A stretch of 64,000 bases of DNA from a phage, in sequence record NC_101837.1. One strand, 5' to 3'. Positions 36,840 to 45,321 of the stretch are shown here, one piece after another. Numbering within the stretch: the first letter of the stretch is position 1; every line of letters starts with the position of its first letter. The notes beneath the pieces are model-generated. The model saw nothing but the letters and a program-made list of their open reading frames with translations, had not been told where the DNA came from and did not search any database. Made by a program: the position numbers and the translations under genes.

Positions 36840-36984
36840 GGTTTTAACTCCTATCTATCCGGTTAATGATTGGAGGCCTCACCGCCCCCCCGACACCCTT
36901 TATTATCCATATTGTAGGACTTGATGCAAGTACTTCTTTAAAAATTTTTTAAGCGCCTTGGGGGCCGCTGTAACGCCAAAATAA

Positions 36985-37011
36985 TAAAGGCTATGCAACC
37001 GCATAGCCTTT
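36985..37011 (-). terminator. intrinsic terminator (minus strand)
   Basis: On minus strand: AAAGGCTATGC-ggtt-GCATAGCCTTT, 11-bp stem, followed by ATTATTTT. Confidence 0.6.
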
Positions 37012-37046
37012 ATGTGATTATATCGCTGCAGGCCCTGCCAGGGGCC

Positions 37047-37397
37047 TTATTTTGCATTCTTTCCTATATTGCCGCTACGGTACCAGCGTTTACGGTGAAA
37101 ATGGTAATAATCACCATCGGCATTAAACATTAGATGATTTTCAATAACCAGCTTACGAAGGTGGGCCGGATCTTGTTCCATTCTTGCCAGATTCTGGCGG
37201 CTGTTACGTAAGCGGATAAATTCCATATTCAGGCCGTTGATTGCAGCATGGATGTCAAAGTAACCACCTTTGAGACGTTCACGCATGGAGTTAAGCTCAA
37301 CACAATATACAGATTTCTCACAAATCAAGGTATTAGCCAGGGCGCGGACCTGGGCAAGGGGGTTAAGCTCATTAAGGTAATATAGTTTTACTTTCAT
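37047..37397 (-). CDS. hypothetical protein
   Basis: 116 aa. Confidence 0.5.
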   Translation of the reverse strand: MKVKLYYLNELNPLAQVRALANTLICEKSVYCVELNSMRERLKGGYFDIHAAINGLNMEFIRLRNSRQNLARMEQDPAHLRKLVIENHLMFNADGDYYHFHRKRWYRSGNIGKNAK

Positions 37398-37414
37398 AAA
37401 ATCACCTGCTGAAA

Positions 37415-37735
37415 TTAGTTTGAGAAAACATCGTTCACAATAGCGATCACAATGCCGCCCACCTTGTCACGGTCAACAATGCACAAATCACCATAGATCA
37501 TGTGGTAGTCTGGATGATCTTTCACGGAATAATCAATGAGTGTTTTCTTGTCATCCAGCTTACTAACTTCCATTCTCATAACGATATGAGAATCATCAAA
37601 GGCATTATTCCGAAAAGTCATAACCTGACCGCCAGGGCACCCGGTGATTTCCACCTCCACGCCGTCTACGATCTGACCATCAAAGAAATAAAGATTATTA
37701 GCCTGGATAAACATGATCATTACTCCTTTTTGCAC
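37415..37735 (-). CDS. hypothetical protein
   Basis: 106 aa. Confidence 0.5.
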   Translation of the reverse strand: MQKGVMIMFIQANNLYFFDGQIVDGVEVEITGCPGGQVMTFRNNAFDDSHIVMRMEVSKLDDKKTLIDYSVKDHPDYHMIYGDLCIVDRDKVGGIVIAIVNDVFSN

Positions 37736-37760
37736 TGATTATTTTAACAGGGTTTAAATT

Positions 37761-37805
37761 TACTTTATTGATGGCCCTGGAGTCAAGGCCATCTAAAAAT
37801 AAATT
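37761..37805. repeat. conserved ~45-nt hairpin element, copy 1 (abuts stop codon of 37806-38006)
   Basis: TTTACTTTATTGATGGCCCTGGaGTCAAGGCCATCTAAAAATAA; GATGGCC/GGCCATC 7-bp stem, 10-nt loop. Confidence 0.7.
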
Positions 37806-38006
37806 TTACAGGCCTACAATCTCTTTAATTCGTTTTACTGCTGCCTCAGCGCCTTGAGGGTAAAAATTATGGTAACCAATCACGCGAGTGATACTAATCG
37901 CCGTTTGATGATCTTCATAATCACCTTTAAAGATTTCTTGACCGTCAATCAGCACGGCAATTTTTTCTTCTTTTTTGAAGTTAATAACGCGGATATTGTT
38001 GCTCAT
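37806..38006 (-). CDS. hypothetical small protein
   Basis: 66 aa, AAGGAGAAA RBS. Confidence 0.5.
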   Translation of the reverse strand: MSNNIRVINFKKEEKIAVLIDGQEIFKGDYEDHQTAISITRVIGYHNFYPQGAEAAVKRIKEIVGL

Positions 38007-38146
38007 TTTGTTTCTCCTTTTGGAACTTTGTCTATGCGGTGGGGAGTGTCTCCCCGTTGATTGTTATTATCCATATTCTGGATCGGATTGCAACACTCAG
38101 GGAGAAAAAAATTTGAAAAGTTAGGCCCCAGGGATCGGGGCCGTTA

Positions 38147-38266
38147 TCAATTACTTACAGCGATAAAATACATCCCTACGCCTAACAATATTTCAAGGGC
38201 GATGATCTCAAGCCATACCATAACACGGCGCGCCTTATCGGTGCGGGGCTTATCCTTGGGTGTCAT
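38147..38266 (-). CDS. 39-aa hydrophobic micro-protein (tentative, not in ORF track)
   Basis: MTPKDKPRTDKARRVMVWLEIIALEILLGVGMYFIAVSN; AGGAGG upstream. Confidence 0.3.
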   Translation of the reverse strand: MTPKDKPRTDKARRVMVWLEIIALEILLGVGMYFIAVSN

Positions 38267-38485
38267 CGTCTCCCCCTTTCCTCCTGTTAGCAGTGACGTG
38301 GTTTGCAATGGCCCCCAGGAGTATTATCACCACGCACATTACAAGAAAAATTATCTCTGTCGTTGTTCGATCCATTGTTATAAAATTCCTTAAGATCAGG
38401 CCTGAAAATAAAGCTTTCGTTATTGAATCCATCCCGCCAGGCGGCTGGCTTCAAATCTTCACTAAAGGGGTTAATTAACGTGGCA

Positions 38486-38857
38486 TTATTTAAACGGCTG
38501 GTCCACATATTTTCTATTCCTCTCAAATAGGCGATCCGCCTCAGTTAAACAAATCTCATGGGCGTGATCTCTGGTTTTAGCTTCATCGAAAACCTGTTGT
38601 GCAAGGCTGCAACGTAGGGAGACTGGAAGATCGCTGTAGTAGGCGTTGACAAATGTTTGAGCGTCGTACAGGTCTGAAAATACTTTACCCTTTCTATTAT
38701 TCCCCTTGTCAACAATTGCAAGGATAACAAGTACAATAGTTGCAACCACCCCCAGGAAAATAGATATAATAAACCATAAAAAAGCGGATCTACCCATCTT
38801 GCCAGCGATCCAGGCGTTGAACAAGGCAACTACTACAGCCAAAATAATAAATTCCAT
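38486..38857 (-). CDS. membrane protein (2 TM helices + soluble C-terminal domain)
   Basis: Start at internal Met MEFIILAVVVALF with AAAGAGG RBS. Confidence 0.5.
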   Translation of the reverse strand: MEFIILAVVVALFNAWIAGKMGRSAFLWFIISIFLGVVATIVLVILAIVDKGNNRKGKVFSDLYDAQTFVNAYYSDLPVSLRCSLAQQVFDEAKTRDHAHEICLTEADRLFERNRKYVDQPFK

Positions 38858-38921
38858 TCTATGTACCTCTTTTGCAGTTCTGTTTAACAATAAGGCGGCA
38901 AATATGCCGCCTGTTACCTGA

Positions 38922-39302
38922 TTAAAAATTATCGCCGTAAATCTTTCCGCTTTCTGCCCACACCACCACGCGGGGCATGTTATCCCATACATCTTGTTTC
39001 AGATTTAACGCGTGCAATTCTTCGGTGGTGCTCATACCGGGCACGGGCTGATTGTATACTGCAAAACGACCGCCTGCATAATCATAGGCCAGAGTTAAAT
39101 CACACTGGATCATCTTTTTGATCATGGCGTTAAGCATAGCGTTAGCCGCGTACTGGTCACGTTTTAAAGGCAACTCTTTGATTAGTTTGCGATAGTTTTC
39201 GATATGGTCGCACACTGTTTCACGTGGAAGATCTTTCATATCTTCACGGAATGTAACCAGGTTAAACATAACGGTGTCAATAGCTTTAGTAGTGTTTTTC
39301 AT
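38922..39302 (-). CDS. hypothetical protein
   Basis: 126 aa. Confidence 0.5.
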   Translation of the reverse strand: MKNTTKAIDTVMFNLVTFREDMKDLPRETVCDHIENYRKLIKELPLKRDQYAANAMLNAMIKKMIQCDLTLAYDYAGGRFAVYNQPVPGMSTTEELHALNLKQDVWDNMPRVVVWAESGKIYGDNF

Positions 39303-39393
39303 GATGTTTTCCTCTTTGTTTTGTGGGGGGGCAAGTCATCTCGCCCCTTGAGTTTTTAATATAGCAGGTTTTTAGATTATTGCAACACTTTAT

Positions 39394-40017
39394 TTATGAA
39401 AAACTCATCTCCCCATATTCATCCACATCAAACCGCCAATCATTGGCTTCAATAAGGCCGATCAGGTTTTCGGTAGTAAACTGTTCAAGATAGGCCTCCT
39501 CCAGGTCTACGTAAACCTTGCGGGATAGCTCCCGTACCGTCTCGGTGATCAGCTCTTCCAGCTCTTCAACTTTGTCCTCTTGCTTGGTGGTCAGGTCTAG
39601 CCAATTAGTATCGATGCACCCTCCTATTGTGTTTTCGTGATGATAATGGCTAAACGGGATACGTTCAACACTGGCTGATAACTCGCCATCGTGCATTGTG
39701 CCGAACAAGTGACGAATTGATCGGAACTTGGTCAGGGCCTTTACTTTACGCAAGAATTTTTCTAAATCCACGTTTTCAGCACTGATTGACGCGCCATCGC
39801 CTTGACACCAAAAGCCGGACCAACGTATTTCGGTATCTTCAAGGCCGTACTCTGGAAAGACATATTCTTTATAGTGTTCAATTACACTTTCTGCAAAAAA
39901 ATTATCCCCGCTGTGTTCTTCTCTTTCGCGGACCATTTCAATAGCTTTTTCTTTTTGTTCGTCGGTCAGCACGTCGAAAGATAAATTGTAACCTGTGGTA
40001 ATGTTAACGGTGGTCAT
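39394..40017 (-). CDS. hypothetical acidic protein
   Basis: 207 aa, Asp/Glu-rich, AGGAGAAAA RBS. Confidence 0.5.
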   Translation of the reverse strand: MTTVNITTGYNLSFDVLTDEQKEKAIEMVREREEHSGDNFFAESVIEHYKEYVFPEYGLEDTEIRWSGFWCQGDGASISAENVDLEKFLRKVKALTKFRSIRHLFGTMHDGELSASVERIPFSHYHHENTIGGCIDTNWLDLTTKQEDKVEELEELITETVRELSRKVYVDLEEAYLEQFTTENLIGLIEANDWRFDVDEYGEMSFS

Positions 40018-40091
40018 GATATTTTCTCCTATTTTCTTTGTTAGTGGCGGGAAGTTTTCCCGCCTGTGTGTTTAAGTATACTTATCGAGAT

Positions 40092-40352
40092 TTACTTGTC
40101 AACACTATTTTTTAAATTATTGTGGCGTAAAATGTTCAAGATCTCTTCAACGTCATCAACACGGCGGCAATTTTTAAACGCTACCAGTTGCCCCAGTATT
40201 TTAATCACTGGACGGCCTTGCCAGTGCCCTTGGAGAAAGCGAGCTTTAACTTTATCGGTGGAACTATCACGCCACCAAATGGCCTTGTTGTTGCAGTAGT
40301 AAAAATTATTCAGGACAACATCAACTTTATCAAAATTTTTTAATTTACGCAT
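40092..40352 (-). CDS. hypothetical small protein
   Basis: 86 aa, AAGGAG RBS. Confidence 0.5.
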   Translation of the reverse strand: MRKLKNFDKVDVVLNNFYYCNNKAIWWRDSSTDKVKARFLQGHWQGRPVIKILGQLVAFKNCRRVDDVEEILNILRHNNLKNSVDK

Positions 40353-40394
40353 GGCGTTTACTCCTTTCTCTCTTTGATGTGGTTAGTATAGCTA

Positions 40395-40422
40395 ACCTGT
40401 TTAAGATGTCAAGCTTTAAATA
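40395..40422 (-). promoter_or_regulatory. sigma70-like promoter (minus strand)
   Basis: Minus strand TTGACA-16 nt-TATACT. Confidence 0.5.
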
Positions 40423-40560
40423 AAATCACTGTCAATGATATTTTTAACGCCATAAAACGGCCCTAAGCGATGTTTTCAGGTTAAAGGGGGGCGATTGCAT
40501 AGGTGGGGCCTTTTTGGCGCTTACAGGGCCAACCGGGGGCGCTATTCGTAGGATAGAAAT

Positions 40561-40585
40561 AAAAAGCCCCGCACAATGGCGGGGC
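40561..40585 (-). terminator. intrinsic terminator (minus strand)
   Basis: Minus strand GCCCCGC-cattgt-GCGGGGC followed by TTTTT. Confidence 0.65.
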
Positions 40586-40593
40586 GTTGGTTG

Positions 40594-40815
40594 TTATTTG
40601 CCTTTGTGGCGGTATCGTTCCGCCTGTCGTTCACGTTCCAAAAGCAGGCCCGGTAATTTGCGATCATAATGATTCCGCCAGATCTTCCCAAATCTTTTTG
40701 GCTTATTCAGTTTATTGTTGCGCTGGCGGCGTTCCGGCAGCTCTTCGGAAGCATGAGATCGCTTTACAATTTTCTCGAAATTAATTTTCATATATTCCCC
40801 CCTTGCTAACTTCAA
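40594..40815 (-). CDS. hypothetical basic protein
   Basis: 73 aa, Arg/Lys-rich. Confidence 0.45.
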   Translation of the reverse strand: MKLARGEYMKINFEKIVKRSHASEELPERRQRNNKLNKPKRFGKIWRNHYDRKLPGLLLERERQAERYRHKGK

Positions 40816-41134
40816 TATTGGCCTGAATAGCCCGGATACGGCGCTTTATAACTTCCTGATCTGTGTGGTCGTATCCCCAAAAGTCTACAATTTTTGCGCC
40901 CCCCGCCTCCAGGCGGTATAGTGTTTCCTGCATTTTGTAAGCCGGGATCGGTCGCGGTGTTACTTGGTCACCTTCTTTATTTTTATACTTTATAATATAA
41001 TCTTCGTTATCGTTGAATGCCCAAAATGGATATTCTGCAAGGGCGGTACTTCCTCTTTCCTTTTTATCCTGGATCTTATTTACAATTAAAGCCGTAGCAA
41101 TAGCGCCAATAATAAAACTTGCCCCGCTGATCAT
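40781..41134 (-). CDS. membrane-anchored protein
   Basis: N-terminal TM SGASFIIGAIATALIV. Confidence 0.5.
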   Translation of the reverse strand: MISGASFIIGAIATALIVNKIQDKKERGSTALAEYPFWAFNDNEDYIIKYKNKEGDQVTPRPIPAYKMQETLYRLEAGGAKIVDFWGYDHTDQEVIKRRIRAIQANIEVSKGGIYEN

Positions 41135-41208
41135 GTACTTTCTCCTTTCATGGTGTTAATAAATTATCTTTATAGATGGCCCTGCAACCAGGACCACCGA
41201 AAAAATAA

Positions 41209-41454
41209 CTATTTCACAATGCCTACAAAACAGATCCCGCCTTCACCTATATAAGCAATATCGGTCACTTTATAACTTGTCAAGATCTGCTTATTTAGTT
41301 CATTAATAAAATCGGTCATTGCGTTGGTGTAGTTGTCTTCCGTGTCTAAGGCATAATCCCAGGTGTACACCTTTTTACGTCCGAAGCCTTTTACCATGAT
41401 ACGGGCGCTTTTGGTGTTGGTAGGGGCATAATATTTGGTGATTAGTGCTGCCAT
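41209..41454 (-). CDS. hypothetical small protein
   Basis: 81 aa, TAGGAG RBS. Confidence 0.5.
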   Translation of the reverse strand: MAALITKYYAPTNTKSARIMVKGFGRKKVYTWDYALDTEDNYTNAMTDFINELNKQILTSYKVTDIAYIGEGGICFVGIVK

Positions 41455-41500
41455 GGTTTTAACTCCTATGCATTAGTTCAGTGTTAACAGTATAAAGTTT

Positions 41501-41545
41501 ACTTTATTGATGGCCCTGGTGTCAAGGCCATCTAAAAATAAGCTT
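41501..41545. repeat. conserved ~45-nt hairpin element, copy 2 (abuts stop codon of 41544-41885)
   Basis: GTTTACTTTATTGATGGCCCTGGTGTCAAGGCCATCTAAAAATAA. Confidence 0.7.
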
Positions 41546-41885
41546 ACTCGTTTTCTTCCAGCTCCGCAAGCTCTTCTTTTGCTTCTTCTAACTCTGTCTG
41601 TAATTCCTGGTATTCTTCATCGTCCTCAATATCCAGGCTGTCGATGTAGTCGCTAAATCCGCAGCGGTAAGCGATAGGATCTAGCTCCTTGAGGATACGC
41701 GACGGAAGAAAAGAAATGTTTCCGATCATAATTTCGCCGTAGATCTCGTCTAACCATTCATCATAGTTTTCGTCGTACTTGTCCTCGTCGATTTCAAAGT
41801 TATCGATCTTATTCTCAAGGTCTGCGATCTGTTTTTTCAGTTCAGCGATCTGCATAGCTTTTTCTGAGGCGGTCATAGTAGTCAT
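41544..41885 (-). CDS. hypothetical acidic coiled-coil protein
   Basis: 113 aa, Glu-rich. Confidence 0.5.
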   Translation of the reverse strand: MTTMTASEKAMQIAELKKQIADLENKIDNFEIDEDKYDENYDEWLDEIYGEIMIGNISFLPSRILKELDPIAYRCGFSDYIDSLDIEDDEEYQELQTELEEAKEELAELEENE

Positions 41886-41937
41886 GGTGTTTTTCTCCTT
41901 TTGTGTGTTCTGGGAAGTTTTCCCGTTTATGTGCTTA

Positions 41938-41965
41938 TTATATCGATTTAAGTTAGCTTGTCAAT
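41938..41965 (-). promoter_or_regulatory. sigma70-like promoter (minus strand)
   Basis: Minus strand TTGACA-16 nt-TATAAT. Confidence 0.5.
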
Positions 41966-42084
41966 TAAAAGTTTAAGAAAAATTTTGCGACACCGTTGGC
42001 GCTACCCATCAACATTTGCGCCAGGATGTACCCAATGATGCAAACGATGATGGTTACCTTTGTGTGCTGGCGTGTAGTGCTCAT
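41965..42084 (-). CDS. 39-aa hydrophobic micro-protein (not in ORF track)
   Basis: MSTTRQHTKVTIIVCIIGYILAQMLMGSANGV...; GGAAAAGGAGGC RBS. Confidence 0.4.
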   Translation of the reverse strand: MSTTRQHTKVTIIVCIIGYILAQMLMGSANGVAKFFLNF

Positions 42085-42120
42085 CTTTAAGCCTCCTTTT
42101 CCGCTCAACTGTGGTTAGTT

Positions 42121-42165
42121 TACTTTATTGATGGCCCTGGTGTCAAGGCCATCTAAAAATAAACT
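42121..42165. repeat. conserved ~45-nt hairpin element, copy 3 (abuts stop codon of 42165-42560)
   Basis: TACTTTATTGATGGCCCTGGTGTCAAGGCCATCTAAAAATAA. Confidence 0.7.
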
Positions 42166-42560
42166 CAATAAGTTTTTAGTACTTTCCCGTCCAATCTGTC
42201 AAGCTGGATCTCGATAGCTGCAGAAAACCTATTGTAAACCACATCGCCCAGGGAGTCCAGCCAATCTATGACGTTATATACCTGCTCTTTATTCTTGCAA
42301 GTCCGGATCCGTTTCATTACGTAAGACGGATCAATATTAGCGCTCTCGTTGTTGTGGTCCTGCGCCTGGCCTGCTGCGCTAGTTATAGATTTTACAACCA
42401 CCTGAAAGGGCTTTAAGGTGCCTTTTGCGTTCATCTCACGCGCTTTTGCGGCGCGGTTGTTATATGTTACACAACGGCGGCAAATGTTGACCAAATGCAT
42501 ATCAATAATTTTTTCATCGTTTGCCAGTTCGTTCATGATGCGGCGTACGTTCTTATTCAT
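42165..42560 (-). CDS. hypothetical protein
   Basis: 131 aa. Confidence 0.5.
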   Translation of the reverse strand: MNKNVRRIMNELANDEKIIDMHLVNICRRCVTYNNRAAKAREMNAKGTLKPFQVVVKSITSAAGQAQDHNNESANIDPSYVMKRIRTCKNKEQVYNVIDWLDSLGDVVYNRFSAAIEIQLDRLDGKVLKTY

Positions 42561-42608
42561 GATCTTTTTCCTTTGTGCTGGCGGGAAACATTCCCGCCTT
42601 TTGTGTCT

Positions 42609-42636
42609 AGTTTACTTAAATTTTGCAGCGTGTCAA
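42609..42636 (-). promoter_or_regulatory. sigma70-like promoter (minus strand)
   Basis: Minus strand TTGACA-16 nt-TAAACT. Confidence 0.45.
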
Positions 42637-42642
42637 TGATTT

Positions 42643-43041
42643 TTATTCGTGGGCGCATGTTACAATGTGTTTTTTATAGCCCAGGTGGTCAGCAAGTGCC
42701 GACAAAAACTCTTCTTCGTAGATCCAGCCGTCGGCAGTGATCCCCATAGCATTTAATGCGCTCTCAAGTGCTGCGTTAGCTTTATCGTAACCGTGACCGC
42801 TCGCCTTGCCGCCAGTATAACCGTACTTATTGTTCTTGTTGTCGTGAATCCAAAACACGCAGTAGTGAGTGTTCCCGCTGGCGGCGGCATAATACCGGAT
42901 CTCAGCTACTTCGTGCAAATTATTGTCATCGTCCAGGCCCACCAGATTATAAGCCTTGTAAAATCCACGATCACGGCGGCAGTTCTTGACATCAGAAAAA
43001 GAAAAGTCCGCATTATCAAAATTAAAGGTAGTGGTTTTCAT
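42643..43041 (-). CDS. hypothetical protein
   Basis: 132 aa, Gly-rich ...GGKASGHGYDKANAALESALNAMG... Confidence 0.5.
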   Translation of the reverse strand: MKTTTFNFDNADFSFSDVKNCRRDRGFYKAYNLVGLDDDNNLHEVAEIRYYAAASGNTHYCVFWIHDNKNNKYGYTGGKASGHGYDKANAALESALNAMGITADGWIYEEEFLSALADHLGYKKHIVTCAHE

Positions 43042-43105
43042 GATTTTATCCTCTTAGTGTCTTTTGTGCTTTTAGTGTATTTGGTGTCGGACTATATGTC
43101 AATAC

Positions 43106-43303
43106 TTATTTTTTATTAAACCAGTGGTTGATCTGTCCTTTTGTCAGGGCGCAACGATTAAGCTGTTGCCGGGTATAGCTCTGACCGCGACGGAATTTAT
43201 AAAGGCCTTGCCCGTTGTTGATGGTTACGTCCACCTGGCAAACCATTTGATCGGTGACCACCTGGCGAGTGTTGCGACGTACTTTGATCCCGTATGCGTT
43301 CAT
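43106..43303 (-). CDS. hypothetical small basic protein
   Basis: Start at internal Met with AAGAGGA RBS. Confidence 0.45.
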   Translation of the reverse strand: MNAYGIKVRRNTRQVVTDQMVCQVDVTINNGQGLYKFRRGQSYTRQQLNRCALTKGQINHWFNKK

Positions 43304-43384
43304 AAATTTATCCTCTTTACTGGTTAGTGCGGTGTTGTTCACCTTGTAGGGTAATAATACCATGATTAACCTTGTTGTCAACGA

Positions 43385-43525
43385 TTATTTTAAATTATTT
43401 TTATGATAGAATCCACCTGCCGCCCCCGCCAGGTTAACCACCATTTTTTCGTACTCTTCTTTATGTTCCCGCGCTTCTGTATCATTAATCACTACATTTC
43501 CCAGGTGAGTAGCATTACCTTTCAT
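43385..43525 (-). CDS. 46-aa micro-protein (not in ORF track)
   Basis: ATG after GAGGAGG RBS; MKGNATHLGNVVINDTEAREHKEEYEKMVVNLAGAAAGGFYHKNNLK. Confidence 0.4.
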   Translation of the reverse strand: MKGNATHLGNVVINDTEAREHKEEYEKMVVNLAGAAGGFYHKNNLK

Positions 43526-43722
43526 TTTTGTACCTCCTCTTCAATTGTTTACCCTACAGTATGGGCCTACCAGGTTTGCAAGATTTCACCCTCTCCCACC
43601 TGGTCAGTTAGGTCCTGCCAGGCTGGCCCCGCCAGGTTGCAGCGGTTAGCGCATCAGGTTAGAAAAATTTTTTGAAAAGTGTTGACAGCGGCCCCGACAG
43701 GTGGCACAATATACCTATCGAA

Positions 43723-43772
43723 AGGACGGCAGGCACCGGTGACGGGGGAGACAACCACCAGGGATGGGCGCT
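43723..43772. repeat. GC-rich intergenic element (forward copy; partial third copy at 43865-43905)
   Basis: CGGCAGGCACCGGTGACGGGGGAGACAACCACCAGGG; related GGCCGGGAGACAATCACCGGGCC at 43877. Confidence 0.55.
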
Positions 43773-44039
43773 GCATAAAATGAGAACGGTTATCATTATC
43801 ATTTAAAAATTTATGCAAAAAATCCTTGCTTTCTTTGTCCTGTGTGATACTATAATAACAAGCCGGGGCAACAGGGGCCGGGAGACAATCACCGGGCCTG
43901 CCCGTTATTCTGCAAACGAGAATGATTATCATTCAAGATTCTAAATGAGAACTCCTCGCATTTAATAAATTTAATTAGCACGCTAATTACCCTCCGTAAC
44001 AATTTACTATAAAATAGTATCCACTAAAATATTCCCATA

Positions 44040-44510
44040 TAGAAATTTTAAAAATCCATTTCTGAAAACGAAAAATCGATTTCGTCCCCAAAAATTTCAG
44101 GTTGAGAGCCGGAACGATTTCCAGAAAATCCGATTCAGAAAACGAAAAACAGGTCGAGTACTGAGAAATTTATCGAGAAAAATTTTCAGAAAATCCAAGC
44201 CCTGAAATGAAAAGTAGATCGAGTACCTGGAAAGCTGCACCGCAACTTCAAGATAGCGGTTAGATTGTTACCATAGAAGGTCAAGGGTAAGTGGAGGAAG
44301 TTCTAGTAGAGGGAGGTTAGCATGTGTGGGAAATCTATAATGGTGGCCTGGAATATGGTGCAAACGATAGGATGAGTTATTCAGCTTGTCGCGCCTACTC
44401 TGAAAAATCCATTTTAGTTTTCGATCCATTTTCTGATTTTCTAAGAATTTTAAAATATCCAGCCCGGTGAAATATCAAAAGGAGGAAATCCATTTTAGAA
44501 ATCCCCCTTA
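44040..44510. repeat. degenerate direct-repeat array (core GAAAATCC(A/G)(A/T)TT, at least 5 copies) in a 1.1 kb non-coding region
   Basis: aaaatccatttctgaaaacgaaaaatcga / cagaaaatccgattcagaaaacgaaaaac / cagaaaatccaagccctgaaatgaaaag / gaaaaatccattttag / ggaaatccattttag. Confidence 0.6.
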
Positions 44511-44538
44511 TACTTGATATGCCAGGAATTTTCAAGTA

Positions 44539-44868
44539 TCAGTTGTCTTTGTTTTTAGGTTTGTACATGCGCAGAGGTATGGTCTTTGTAACATTCCATT
44601 TCCTCAACCCTTCCCAGCTCCAGTTGTGGGCGTGGTATCCGGTTATGCATGCACTACTGGAGTGATCGTAAGCATAAGAGAACGCTAAGCGCACCAGGTG
44701 GGGCCAGTCCTTCCATGGTTGTGGACCGTAAGCTTTTCTCCAACACCGACACAAACTAAATGTCTCAAGAATAGGAAGGATAACAAATCCATACACCGCC
44801 ACCAGAATAGCCAGCGCAATGATTGTCAGGAATACATACCCTGCAGTTGAAATGATGATCTCTGTCAT
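44539..44868 (-). CDS. membrane protein
   Basis: N-terminal TM IISTAGYVFLTIIALAILVAVYGFVILPI. Confidence 0.45.
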   Translation of the reverse strand: MTEIIISTAGYVFLTIIALAILVAVYGFVILPILETFSLCRCWRKAYGPQPWKDWPHLVRLAFSYAYDHSSSACITGYHAHNWSWEGLRKWNVTKTIPLRMYKPKNKDN

Positions 44869-45062
44869 TTGTCCTCCCCTTTCTTACGAATATAGATGTG
44901 AGAGCCTGCCTGTATATAAATTTCTCGACCATCTTCTGCAAAGATATGAAATACACGATCACCTTCGTACTCGATACGAGATATTTTCATAATGGTCTTT
45001 CCACCTGGGATACGGATCTCGTCCCCCACAGCGATGTTCCATGCAGATTTAAGCTTAAACAT
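44865..45062 (-). CDS. hypothetical small protein
   Basis: Start at internal Met with AAGGAAGG RBS. Confidence 0.45.
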   Translation of the reverse strand: MFKLKSAWNIAVGDEIRIPGGKTIMKISRIEYEGDRVFHIFAEDGREIYIQAGSHIYIRKKGEDK

Positions 45063-45300
45063 CTGCACCTTCCTTTGGGAGCTCGAACTCTGGCATAGCC
45101 ATATACGCCACAACAGGGTTGTAATCAAAGTAGAAATGACCGTTAATTATCCCAGTTTTGTGAGCATAGTCACCAGATCCTGCAAGAACAACCTCGCAAA
45201 CTCCGAAATCAACCTTGCCATTCTCATCTGCCATGGCTACAATATACTTTCCTAGAGGCATGTTTTTAACGCCGTCTACAAATGTCCACCCTTTGTTCAT
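45055..45300 (-). CDS. hypothetical protein
   Basis: 81 aa. Confidence 0.5.
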   Translation of the reverse strand: MNKGWTFVDGVKNMPLGKYIVAMADENGKVDFGVCEVVLAGSGDYAHKTGIINGHFYFDYNPVVAYMAMPEFELPKEGADV

Positions 45301-45321
45301 AACTTTATCTCCTGGACTTTC

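Noticed and set aside
37781-37786. TTGACA within the loop of the conserved hairpin repeat read as a -35 box
   Set aside because: On the coding (minus) strand no acceptable -10 hexamer lies 16-18 nt downstream in any of the three copies.
43781-43800. Fur box reading of TTATCATTATCATT
   Set aside because: Only a partial match to the 19-bp Fur consensus, and the same motif recurs with a GAGAA prefix at 32.1 kb, so it is more likely a phage-specific site; left as an unresolved motif.
43654-43932. 92-aa minus-strand ORF inside the repeat island
   Set aside because: Spans promoter-like and GC-rich repeat elements, has no RBS and a Cys/Pro-rich low-complexity translation; probably non-coding.
44040-44510. 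CRISPR array
   Set aside because: Repeats are about 10-12 nt, degenerate and irregularly spaced; no 25-40 nt exact repeats with unique spacers.
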